64,000 nucleotides of DNA from Tubiluchus corallicola. Lineage: Eukaryota > Animalia > Priapulida. Shown piece by piece: positions 12,681 to 25,700 of this stretch. The stretch is taken from assembly GCA_030141605.1 (NCBI GenBank), contig JAQGDQ010000005.1:1488180-1552179 (forward strand). The letters are read 5' to 3'. The position numbers were made by a program, and so were the translations under genes. Within the stretch, counting starts at the first letter, position 1. Each line of letters starts with the position of its first letter. Under the pieces are notes generated by a model. That model was not told where the DNA came from. It ran no database searches and saw only the letters and a program-made list of their open reading frames with translations.

Positions 12681-15600
12681 ATCAGTACAAGACCATTGTG
12701 ACCATAGATAATGATTAAAGATCTCCACGAATGCCGCCCAACCCTGCGTTCCAGACTGAATTTGTAGTTTGTAGCACAAATTCTGATGAAGTTTGTAAAT
12801 TGCTGTTACTTTGATTGACATTCTTAATATGATGCTGTTTTATTAAGATCAGTTTCTTGTGTTTTGTGTCTGCGAATGTTCGAAGGTATCATCATAATTT
12901 TATTTTGAATTATTGTTGGTTTGGAAGGAAACCGATTCTAATTTTTCAAGTTTTGTCTCGCCGTTCGTCGTTCTACAGTACATGCCGTCAAGAAAACCGT
13001 AATTGAGAATATAATATTAACGATATAATACCAGATAAATGGAAACTGTGCAAACTTCACTTGATAAATTGAATTAAATTCTAAATTTTAATAAGTTTCT
13101 GTTAAGGATTTTTAAAGTTAAGCGTTAATTGGAAACAAACCATGTAAGAAATATGCGTAATTGAAGTTTATGACTAAGAACATACAATAATTTTAGCCAA
13201 AGTAATAGTTTTCATTACTGCTTCATCTAAATTGCTGATTGATAATAGTGTAGCTAGAATTTAACACACTGCTGAAATTCTCTTATTTTTTCGTGTGTTG
13301 TAGCATCATTTTTCATGCATTATTTACGGTATTTTTCATTATATATAACTTGTGCACAGTGGCGCAATAACTCTTTGGATGTAAAAGTTAAACTTTGTAA
13401 TAAATAAATAAATAAATCTTTTGGAGTAATCATCACACCCATCAAGTGTTGCAGCATAAAACACAATAACAAATTATATTTATGTATACACAAGAAATCT
13501 TACTGATACAAAATTACTTTGTGCAGAAGCATGAATGCACAACAGAGTTTCTAACGGGCTAAAGATTTCTGTTTGTACTGACCACACATAATTAAATAAA
13601 GTGAATAGCAAAATATTATTAATTTGATAAACATTCTTCTAATTTTCATTTACTGTTAATAGAAAATGATGATTATTTTAGGCCAAACAGTTAGAAGGTT
13701 ATACGTTGAGAGGCACTTTCTGTATAACTTTTTAATGCAATTATCGTTTTCTTTGTAAAATTAGTAGGTGTAGACAGCACGCTACTGCATTAGTATTAGT
13801 AAGACAGACAACTTGTTGACTTTACAAAATTACAGTCACTGGTATGTTATATTGTATTAGAGTGATTGGCAAAAAAGTTGCTCTTTGAGAAATATTGTTT
13901 ATAATTCTGCTATCTGCAGCAACTTTTAAAATTGATTTTTGTTATTAAATGCTATAATATATGATAATAAAACCTGAGCATCATTGGCTCTGATCAGATA
14001 CGGTATACTCATCACGACAAATATGCCGTGATACATCTGAATAGATCTTTGATTTTTATTCTGATACTTGCGTCAAGACTACAGCTCTGCAAATTTACAA
14101 GGTAAATCACTTGCAATGCCAGAGTCTTTTGCAATTAGCATTGCTAAGACAGACATGTGGTGCACTAATCATATGGAAATTTTTTATTAATAAATTGGAA
14201 CATTGCAATTTATGTTTTGAGGTGTCATTTGTCAGTAGAACCCGGTAATCTGGTACATTTTAATTGAATTTTTTATGAAATTGCTTCAAAAGTTTTGCTG
14301 CATAAACAAGTTTCAGCAATCAGGAAGTTTTAGGAGATTTTTCAGGAAAACTGTACTTCAAAATATTAAAAATTCTATTAAAGTTTGATCCAATACAATA
14401 TCGTTTTTTGAAAAAAATAATATGCTGATACAAGAATTGATTTAAAAAATTATTACAGTGATGTGTTGAAAATTGATATCAAGACCTAATGATAATGTCA
14501 TTGTTTTTAGCTTTTTGCTGACTCGCTATAGGAAATCAGTTTTTTGTTTAATTAAAATTACTCGAGTGAAAATAAATAAAAAACCTTTTGCTTATTTAAA
14601 AGTCATTATTATACCGTTTATAAAATATTTCAAGTTGTAACAAAAAATGTGTGATGTGTTGAACATAAAGACTATAGGCTTGCTGAGAAGTTAAGGTGTG
14701 TGCTCTGCAAAAGAACTTAAGCAGTATTGAGCCTGTTGGTAAATGAATTGTGATTGCCAGGATTACTGATCTACACAGGTTTACACACAGGTCTGAAAGT
14801 CCATAAGTTACTAATGAGTTCCTGTCCCGCCAGAACCGTAAGCCTTATGAAATAAGTAGCCTTTATGAAGAGCACAAGTTCGTGGTTACTTTACTTTATA
14901 AACAACTTTTATCATTCACATCCCATTAATATAAGTATTTTACATTTCTTGTGCTTCTGCTATGAGCAGTTTAGTCTTCTTTCTTTAAGTTGTTGGGCTG
15001 ACTAGTGGCTTAACTGGTTGCTGTGCCTTGTCTGGTGAAATCTTAATAAGCGAGGTGAAACATTTTAATGTGAGCTAGGAATTAAGTATTCTTTATTAGA
15101 GTAATAAACCTCTGTAGAAGCAACTCAGTCGAATCTATGAACTAGGCTGTTTAACTCAAAGTGGCCAGTTTTTTTTTGAAAGTATCTTTTGGCTTTATAA
15201 GTCGAATAGCAACGAGAAGGAGTTATAAAAGCAGATACTGCATATAACATTTTCAATGCTTCGACCTGCTAAAGTTTTTCTTGTGAACATTCAAGGGAAA
15301 TTTGTTGACAGATTTTCTGTGCGAACCTGTATACGATAACTCATCTACTTTTCAAGTTAACAAATTAAAAACACATTTCGCCAGCGGTAAAAGTATTAAG
15401 TTGGTGTGGAAAAAAATACTGTAAGTAATGAGGTAATGGTGATGTAAATGGGGTATTGCTCTTTCATCCTAATAATTGGCAATAGAAAGTGTTGTTTTCA
15501 AGTGTTTAATGTAACTGTAATTAAGTTGTAAATGAAAAGAAATTATTCTGTTCTGTCTGTTCATTTATTTATCCATAAAATACTTAACACAATATAATTA

Positions 15601-16929
15601 TCTCTTGGAGTCTGGCTTTGTGCAACAGTGTGCAAATATGGTGTAAGTCTGTTTACAGAAAATTTTGATGAAGAGGACAAAAAATAATACAGGTCCTGTA
15701 AATTTCAGGACATCTTGCGTTTTCAGCAATATGTTCTATTGTCGTTCTATAAAACTATTTATATAGTGAGTTATTGTGTTTGTAACAGCAGTATATTTTA
15801 CTTTTCTGATAAACTTCTCATTGGTACAGGAAAGCAGTAGCTAAAATGTTCTACTTAAAACAGTAATGGTGTCATTGGTATGGCTGTAATGCATGTTTCT
15901 TTTGCTATCTTTTGCTGTTGTGAAGCTAGTTTAGTAAGTCAAAATGAACAATATGCTGTACCTACCTGGTTTGATTTTCAGTGGTGCACTAAATTTGGGC
16001 ATCAGTCTGGCAGGTGAAATTGTCTTGATGAGATACTTTTGCTAGTGGTGGGTGATACCACCGATTGCATGTAATCGCGATTACCGATTACTTTTGGTCA
16101 GTAATCGATTACTGATGTCTATCATTGGCATATGCTTCCAAGCGGGGTTGCTTTACACATCTGTACTGCCCAGTGCATACTAAAGCTTCACTGAACTCAC
16201 TGAAGGTGGAGCAATACGAGCTGTGTGTTTGAGATTGTTTACATTTGCAGTTTACTAACTGATGTCAAAAATTATTTCAGATGCACTTTGCATAAATCTC
16301 ACAGTACTGCCATTAGTGTCTTTCCTAGCTAAATATCACCCAAGCAGATAATGCTTCTTAGTCAGTAGGCCCTGTGCATAACTATTCTTTCTAACAATTA
16401 TTTTAGCATTATAGCTTCAAAGATTACTGTTACGTTTTCTTATCATAGTGAAGCATGCAGGGTCAGTGCGCAAAATTTGATTTATAAGGGGATGCCACAC
16501 CAAAATGAGGAATATGGTTGCAGAGCTCTACTACACAACCGACAGCAAACAAATGTTTTATCGATCATTTATAGGGTAATGCCGTGGCTGTCAAGCAGTG
16601 CATGTGGGTAAAACCTGTTCATCATAATCTAGACACTTTTTCGTCCAGTATTCTAGGCACCTACAGTTAAAGCTGCTGAACTAAGTTCCACATTAAATTA
16701 TTGTGTAAATAATTTATATAATCTTAATTTCAAGAATACTTGTTGAAACTACTAATTAGTGGAATAAGCCTGAATTTATGAAGCCATACTGTCTGAAAGG
16801 AAATGTGAAAAGGTCAGAACCAAGCATGATTTGAGTGGGCTATTGTTGTTAACCTCTCAGAGCTAAAATCATGGAAATTCGCTATAATTTTCTTATCTCC
16901 AATTACTGATAATTATATTTAAATCTCAA

Positions 16930-17103
16930 AGTCGGGAACCCCAAACCCGAACTTTTCATCACAATCCGAACCTCGATCCCGAAAACTTGATCTTGAACAC
17001 CGAAAAATCCAGACCCCAAACTCAATTAGTGGTTGGAACGCCGATCCCAAACCGCTGACTCTGAACCAAACCTCGATCCCATTCTGGACTTGGGACACCC
17101 CTA
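16930..17103. mobile_element. Decayed hAT-like element end with subterminal ACCCGA/ATCCCGA repeats
   Basis: Dense degenerate (a/t)cccga repeats ending in cacccCTA. Another hAT-like terminus (tagtggtggg plus aatcgatt repeats) lies at about 16043-16115. Confidence 0.45.
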
Positions 17104-18612
17104 ATCAACAGCATATAAATGTTAATGTTTAATAGAAATACTAGGTACATATAAATTTGCTGTGTTACATTGAAGTTTTACAAAATTCACTGTAAACGCT
17201 GTACTTGAAAAGTATGAATTTTTGATCAAATGACTCTTACATACATCATAAAAAACTGAGAGCCTCCAATTACTGATTGCTCAAAAACCTATCTGGTGAG
17301 CATGTAATAAATTTAGCAGAATTTTGTAAATTTTAATCTAATATTTTGCAAATTGTTGTTATTGGGTTTTTCACTTGCATGTTAGCTATAGTAGCTCTAT
17401 AGCTGATTTGTCAAAATGAACTGGCTGATCATCATGTCAGGTTTTTGTTGAATTGTGTTGAATTTTGTTGATTTATATCATGTTATAGTTTTTGGAAAAT
17501 TCTTGCTGTACAAATTTTTGTAGTGCAGCTGTTTTGCTTGCATGGCAGGGCAATGCACACGGAACACCAGTGAATATTTTGCTTCTTAGTGAGCATTGAG
17601 TGGTTTTTATGAGAGTATCAAAGTTATGCCGCTGTTGAGTGTTGAGTAGTTTATTGCAACATATTGCTGTAGAGAGTCTTACATTTTGCTTTGGATTCCA
17701 CTTCTCTTGGTTCTTAAAATCAAATTTATAGGCAAAGTGCATTTAGTATATTAACTGCATTTTATTGCTGTTCCGGGAATGTGTGTGTTTACTGCTGTTT
17801 TATTATGCCACACACCTAAAAACAAGATTAGGAATACATATATGTGCGTGGATTTGTGCTTTAAAATTTTTTGCTGGTTCGTAAATATTAAAAGGCATTA
17901 AAAGTAATTTTACAATCAGCACAGCGCCTAAAGTTTTTTCTGCCATACTTACAGCAGTTTCTTAGAATGGTGAATAACATCATAGACTGTCATAAAACAA
18001 TCATGTAGTTAAAAAAATTGTGTGGCATGCATTGATAGACATAAAAGTGCTATAGGTGTTTACGGTACGTAATTGAATCCACAATATTAATTGTGGTTAT
18101 TTTTCCCTGTATTAGACTTAACAATTAATGTGGACTGTGATTGCAACAAAAACAGTGCATAAGGTGTCATCTGTAGGTTTCTAGTTGCTTCTACTCAACA
18201 ACTGCCACCAGAACAGCTTGCAGAAAGCCAAAGTTGCAAAATACTTTGCCCATGCTTTTTAATTAGCAAGCAGGTTAATTTTTCCTGAGCAGTAGCTTTA
18301 TAAAGACCAGTTTACCAGTTACTGCACTAGTTCATTTTTAAGCAAAGCAACTGGCATGCAAAATTCCCTTAAAAGGTTTGCGGCTACATAATATATATTT
18401 CCAGATAAAAATCAATGTGGTTGCCACTGGATACTTTACTAGCAAAGTAGATGTAACTAGCATAGTAATAGATCAATATAATTTTCTTTGACGTGGATCA
18501 AAATGCAGAATTAAATTTTAGACATTGCCGTAACGGGAAAATGGGTGTCGGAGAAACCCAGAGCAGTTAAAAACTAATCTATATTCAATAAACTGGGAAT
18601 AGTTGAGTGATG

Positions 18613-18686
18613 ATGGTCTTTGGTTAGCTGCTGAAGTTAAGTAGCATCGTAGCTGGTTAGTAAAAGGATAGGCGACCACTGGAAAA
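18613..18686 (+). mobile_element. Decayed 5S rRNA-derived sequence (SINE3 head or 5S pseudogene fragment) in the iRhom 5' intron
   Basis: gaagttaagtagcatcgtagctggttagtaaaaggataggcgaccactggaaa aligns by eye to the 5S internal control region GAAG(C/T)TAAGCAG...CTGGTTAGTACTTGGATGGG(A/T)GACC...TGGGAA. Confidence 0.6.
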
Positions 18687-19744
18687 TTGCTTTTGGGCAG
18701 TTTTATGTGCCTTGCTGCTTCTGTCTAATTTTCTCATTGAGCATGTACGTACACACATCTGAACATGGTAGGTTTAGTGTCTCAGTAGTTTAGTAGTTTA
18801 GTTAGAGAAGATTCAGTATGACCACAATAATCTACATTGGTAAGCATTGCAAATGAGTTCTGAGTCACCACTTGCAGAGTATCAATCTGTATAAAAAACA
18901 ACTAATTTTTAGTGATGTTTACTGCAGGTTTTTTAGTTTATAGAATTAACTTCACTTGTAGATTATTCCTTAAAAAATTACAAAAATACTTAATCTTTGT
19001 TACAGTTTGTATTCCTCTGCATTTTAAAAATTCACGAAGCAAGGAAGAGTTTTTACAAATTCCAGTGGTATTCCATGTTATACATAGCATATTAAACCTT
19101 TACCACTTCATGAAATGTTTTGGCTAGATAATTATTACAATATTTTTGCTTTTGAATATTTGCATTTTACACATTTGCCCATGTTTTTCTACATCTATAT
19201 CTTATCAATGCTTTCATTATTTTTTGATGGCAAAATTACATTCCTTTATTGCAGGTTAACATATCATTCTATATAACACCCGTAAATTACATAATAAAGT
19301 TGTGAAATTTTATTGAACGTTACCATAGTATCGATACTGTTAGTGAGACATATGTTCGTAAACAGAAACTTTTACTTAAATGGTGAGACTTTTCTTAAAA
19401 TAGGGCAGTTTTAGCTGAAATCAGATGTGAACAAAATAACTAGAGATATTAGTATATTCTTTAAATACAGTGATTATAACTTACTTACAATGAATTGCAA
19501 AGACCCAAGTTATCTATTAAGTGACATCAATGTGCACACTTTTGTACTTCGTTTGTGTGTTAGAGAACATTTTATAATTAATCATTTTAAAAACTTGTTA
19601 TGTTACATTTTATGTCACCGCCAATTTCTTTTTTGAATTATTAGATCTGTATGGATACTTTGGTTTTGAAATCGTCAAATTCAAACTTTTTTCAGGTTGT
19701 AATGTTGTTTTAACCAAGTTTGAGGAGCGATCACTACTTAGAAA

Positions 19745-22700
19745 ATGTCTGGAGGAAGTGACTCGAATTTACCCCATTCCAGTTCTTCTGAAGCTAGAGC
19801 TGACAGAGACAGACCCTTCCAAATGCCACGCTCCCAGAGTGTCACTGAACGAGCTAAACAGTAAGTTCATCATTACCGTGTTTATTAATAATTTGTGGCA
19901 TGTATATAAAATTTTTGACGTAACATTCTTTCTAACCATTTGTAGTTTATCCAGGTAATTATTATATCTTGTGCATCAAAATATTTGCAAGTGTTGGCTT
20001 CTACTTTGTGAAGATTTGTGAGTTCTTTGCAGGTCATTTTAGGAAATTGTTTTTTAACTTTGCACAGTCCTTCAAATCACAAGGCTAAAACTATCATAGT
20101 TTCTATGCCCTATGGTACCTTTTCAGTGTTTTGTTTGTTTGGATTATTACTGGTTAAGAAAATTAACTAAGTCTCATTCTTTAACGAGGTGTTTTTACTA
20201 ATAATACACTCTGCTAATAGCTTGTTTTTTTACACGAATAAGCAGGGTGACCTTTGACAAAGTGAGTGTGTAACATTTTGGTTTTTGAAATGTTATAGAA
20301 ACACACTATTGCATCTCTTCTTCCCAGTTAACTTTATTAATGTAATTTTTATTATCTTTCCTACGTGTAAATAAATGTAATGTACATTTTTCACAGAATT
20401 TGCAATTAATTTTTTTTTTGTCTTACAGTTACGTGAAACGTGGTACTGCTGAGTTTTTTGGACTAAAAAATGACGTTGATCCATTAGCTAAATATCACCA
20501 ACGTAGGTTACGACTCACGCAAAAACAGTGTGGTAATTTGAAGGCAGAATGTTACAGTGAGCCAGGCTGTAAGTAAAAAAATCTAATACTAGTAATAAAG
20601 TACGTCTTATAAAACAACAATAAGCTTGACTAGAGTTTAGCAGGTTTGTCTATATTTTCAACTTTTTTTATTTACCTGTAGCAAACTCTAACCAAGAATT
20701 TACAAGCAATATTTGCTCACAAAATTCCTACAACAAAAAACCACTTTGCCAGATGTACCTCACAGTTAGTTAAAACATATTAGTTTTCTAATGTTGTGAT
20801 ACAGTTCCCCCTATGCAAAAAGACAAAAATATGAAAACATTTACGAATAACGTGTGTTTACATATTTTAAAGTTCCAAATTCAGCAAATTAATATTAATT
20901 GGTTTACCTACACATTGCATATAACTGTAGACTTCCCATAAATACAGTATATTAGTGAACAAATATTGCACTTATAGATTTTCACTGATTAGCCCAAATA
21001 TTTTAAGAGTATGGTAAACTGCACATTATTAGAAATAATAGCAGTTCAAAATGTGTGTGTCCAAGAACATAAATGGTTATTAACTTTGGAAATCATCTTC
21101 TGACTTATCATGTTGGCAAAATTGTGTTCGAGTATGATCAGCATGCATGAATTGTAAGTTTTTCATATGTACTGTGGGAGAGTGTGTCTATGGTTTAGTG
21201 CACATATACGGTTCATTACTGCTGATAACTAACAATGTTTTATCCTTGTTTGTGACGGGTTGACTATTATACTGTTTGTTGGTTATATTAGCTTTATATT
21301 TTCTTAAATTTTTTACTAAATATGTAAACAAAATTAATATACGCACAATAATTAACGGAGCAAACAAATGCATATTCAGATTATCACATTGCCTCCATGC
21401 TTAGTGTTTCTTGTTAATTGCCAGTACAAGATAACACATAGCTGGCATACGACATCATAAATGTTTGTTTGCACTCAAAAATCCGCAGCATGTCATATCC
21501 GCCAGTACATATGCAAGCACTCGACCAACTGCCATCGAAACTTTTAGGTACATTGGCACTGCCAAGCTTTTCTGTGCATGGTATAGCGTTGTTTGATCCT
21601 GGGCCACCTTCAGCCAATTGGACCGATTTCTCAGAATTGGTCCCCTCACACATTAGGGGGTCCCACAGTGGAAAGTAAGATAACCTACTTTTTTGGTTCT
21701 TCATGTGTACACGATAATGCAATGTGTGTGCTGCCATTTTTTATACCAGTTACTGCAGCTGTAGTAAATCCTCGTTATAATGGACTCATTGGGGAGGGGC
21801 TGGATAGGTATAATTGAGAGACGCCTCCACCCCCTTATATAGCATGTCGTATTGGAAGAAGAAACTATCAAGTGAAGAGTTTATAAATTAGTTTCTCTAA
21901 CGTTTACTAATTCTCATAAATGCTAAACAATTCTCTATAGCTTGCTTCCATAATTAGGTTAATAACATGCTGATATTGGATAAACTTGTATTCGCTGCTG
22001 TATTTTCATTTTTCATATACAAATATTGTACTACTAATTATTATGCACATTATCTATTATTATTGATTAATATTATTATTATGCACATTAAAATCTATTT
22101 CGTGCTGGGATTGAAGGATTAAACTAGTGGACTGGCTAGTACCATTTAAACCTGCTTTAAGCAGTCCTGTGCTGTGTGTGCCATTGCGAGGGGATTTCTG
22201 TGCAAATTTGTAAGTTGTGATATTACACAAATGGGAATAGGCAGCTAGAAGAAGCATGAATATAAATATGAATGGGAGTGTAGAAGTGGTAAAATTTTAC
22301 ATCAATAGATAATAGCTTCATTATAATGGCTGTTTCATGCATAACCTTAACAACCCCCGATTAAGTAAAAATACATTGTAGCCCGCTATATCCAAAGTCA
22401 CTTATAACGTGGGTTTGTTATAAAGAGGGTTTATTGTTAGAAATCCGAAAACGCACATCTGCTCACAAAAAGCTTGCTGTTGTGCTGTTACTTGTTTTCA
22501 TTTTTTCAGAATAAAAAATAAATTGATGTTTTTAGTAAGCCATTTTTAATAAAATAAGTGATGTTGTTTTCCATATAAGTATAAAGCCTATGGTGGCTTA
22601 CTTCTGCTGTTCTACAGACTTGGGCTGCTTGTCAAAATTTTTTCCAGTAGGACCTCACACCTTCAAAGGCCGGCCCTGTTTTAATCCACAATGAGTATTC

Positions 22701-25700
22701 TCGCAGTAGCAGTGAGTGGAGCAATTAGTACAAATACCCCCACAATTGGCGATCAATGTATTAATTATAATGATACTGCATTACAAAAAGTGTCTACATA
22801 AACAGTGCCCTGTGCAGTTGTTGTTATGAGCTAATCATTAAGTGCAACTACTTCAATTGAAAATATACCATTAGATTAATTTATTTTTAGCTGGAACACA
22901 TCTGCCTCCTGTGCGAGATATTCGGGATCCTCTTGCTCGTCCAGCTGGGATAGGTCGCTTTGAATCAGTAGACAGTGCTGCTTCCGGCAGACGTAGTTTG
23001 TACAATGTACCAAGCTCAGGAGGAACATCAGTTAAAAAGGAATCCGTTGCTAAGATGACTCTTGGTGGAATGGCCACACTACTTAAGGTATTGTTACATG
23101 TTACATCTGTAGCTGTTGGCTGTTGAGTTTTGATAGTTGTAACTTAGGGAAGTTGTGGTGTGACGTAAAAAACACTACTCCTCGAAACCATGAATTAAAT
23201 TTATTTAAGGATTTAAATTGAATCATAAATGGGAACAAGTGGTCTTTAAAGGCGTTTTGGCAGTAAAATCCGAAACTTATTCAGTTGTTATCAAAAAAGT
23301 CTAGGAATTAAGTTGTACATAATATTTGTTATTGATCCTGTGGAAAATTAATTTAATTGTTTTTGTTTTGCTATGTGATTTTTCTGATTTTTGGAAAAGA
23401 TTTGGCGAGGGAAATACTCAAAATCTTTAATTTTGTTGGTAGTTAACATTGATTTTCTTAGTTTAATATGGTCAATGTTAATGAAATCTGAAACAAAAAA
23501 AAACTCGTAACAATAATTCCATACGACAAAGTGCTTGGTTCAAAATTAAATAGCTGTAAAATTATTTTCAGGCCTCCATGAAAATGCGTCGAACGATCGA
23601 TAAGAAACGACCTACTTATATACAAAGCCGCAGTTATGCACCAGCCAGTGTGACTGAAGATTTGATGGACAGTTTTCCTGTAACACCGTCTTTAACTGCT
23701 GTTAGTTTTCTTGTTTATTTTAATTGCTGTAATTTGTTTGTAACATGTCACCAAAGGTTAGATTTGGTGGTTATGAGTTGATACTGTGGGTTTAACAAAT
23801 ACGTACGATATTGCCAGCACAAATAGAAAATGTATCTGTTGTGCTGTATTAGTGCACGAGAAATGTTTCACTGTAGGTTACTAACAAAACGTATTGTTTT
23901 GGGCCATGCACAATTAAACATTAGCAAAACATTAGTGTTGCTCATATTTTAGTACAATTTAAATGGATTTATATGTTCAATGATTTATGTATTTATTTTC
24001 ACAGACACCAGCTACTGCAGATGTTTTTGATTCGTCAAGTTTCATGGACGATGTGTTTTTCGATGTAGCCACACCAAGTCCCACGGTGGCTCATGTAACT
24101 AGGCTTCCTCAACCTCGATTCCCAGTTTTATCACATCTGACAGAGGAAAATATCCCATCTACATCCACAGCTCCTTCGAGTCGTAGAGCTGAGCCCTTAT
24201 ATCCGGATTTGAAAGAAGTTGAATATCGACCAGAACCCGTTTGGAAGGAAATTGTAACTGAGGAAACAGATTCAAGAGAAGCTAGACCGTAAGTAAAACT
24301 TGTTTCATGGATTTTTCAAAAGCGGTTGTATTGCAAAGTAGTCACGTTGTCAAGCTAAAATCAAATTATGTATAAGAAATATGAAAATTTACGTATAAAA
24401 TTTTTTTCAAGAAATAAATGATTTAATTTTTGTGCTACAATTTGCCACTTATAGAAGATATCCAGAATTTGACTATTCCGTTCCCCACAAAACTGCTTTT
24501 TTTCTATTGTACAATGCCTTTGTTGAACCGAAAAATTCCGCATCAATTTGTTCCATTGACTTTTCTTATTTTATTAAATGCAATTTTGGTATTGTGATTT
24601 TTTCCCTGTATGTATTTTTCTCGTAGTGTGCAATTCAGAAGATTTCTGATTCCTAATTCAAATTTAATGTGTTACTTGATTTTTATCTTGACTAAAATTT
24701 ACTAAACTAAAATGATTATATATTGGCCTTTCCTAAACAGGCGTGTAAGTACATGGCAAAGGCGTACTCCAGAAGCTACTGCTGTTCCAATGGCAAAAGA
24801 GGGTGACATTGGCTTAAGACGAATCTGGGATAAAATTCTCGATAGAGTATGTATCAGGTTTTATTTTTGTCTAAACTGAACAGATTTAATTGTTTTTGTT
24901 AGAATTAAGTTGAGCATATGACAGAACTTACATTTTTAGTGTAATTATTTTCTTGTACATATTAGGCACTTGACAATTCTGAGAGACGGCGATTGGGCAT
25001 AGGTGCATTAGGTGACTGTTTAAATCGACGTTGGAGAAGAGACAGAATCAATTCTGATGTCAAGAAGCAATTAGATGATATCAGTGATCACAGGTGTTTT
25101 TCTCTTACATTTTTCTGTGCTGCTACTGTTTAAAAACTATTTGCAAACGTTGACTCAATGATGGTGTAGATGTGCGAACCTTGTTGGTCCATAATGGTCA
25201 ATTGGCAATTTGGGTATAGAGTATATATGTATATATACATATTTACTGCCTTGAATGTCCATATGTCACAACTATCCTTAATTATTTTGGCAGGTTATTG
25301 TATAGTTTGTTTGCTGTTTGTACTAGGCCAACACAATTGTAATGAATAAAATAAATGCAAGTTGATATATTACAGGTGCTTACAAAGAAAGAAGTTATGC
25401 AAGTTTTGCCAGCTGGTTAAGTCTGGCTTTATGTACTTAAGCTTTATGTACTTGAGTTCTTCAAAATTTGAAAAATTAAAGACAAGTACCTGCAGAAAAC
25501 TAATTGCTAAAAATTGTTCAACTTTTTTGGAAACAATTTTATTTATAGTTTGGAAACTGTTTTTGTTTATCAAATCTTAACTTTTAAACTGAGTGTGAAA
25601 TTCTGTGTACATAATTATTCTTTTGTCTATGAACTTATGCTTTGTATTCTAGACCTTATTTCACATACTGGGTAACTATTGTACAGATCATAATATGCAT

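Noticed and set aside
14800-14900. ctaatgag-gttc/gaac segment as a hammerhead or SECIS element
   Set aside because: Core nucleotides do not match, it is intronic, and no gene here has an in-frame UGA. It is more likely a retroelement 3' end with a short-repeat tail.
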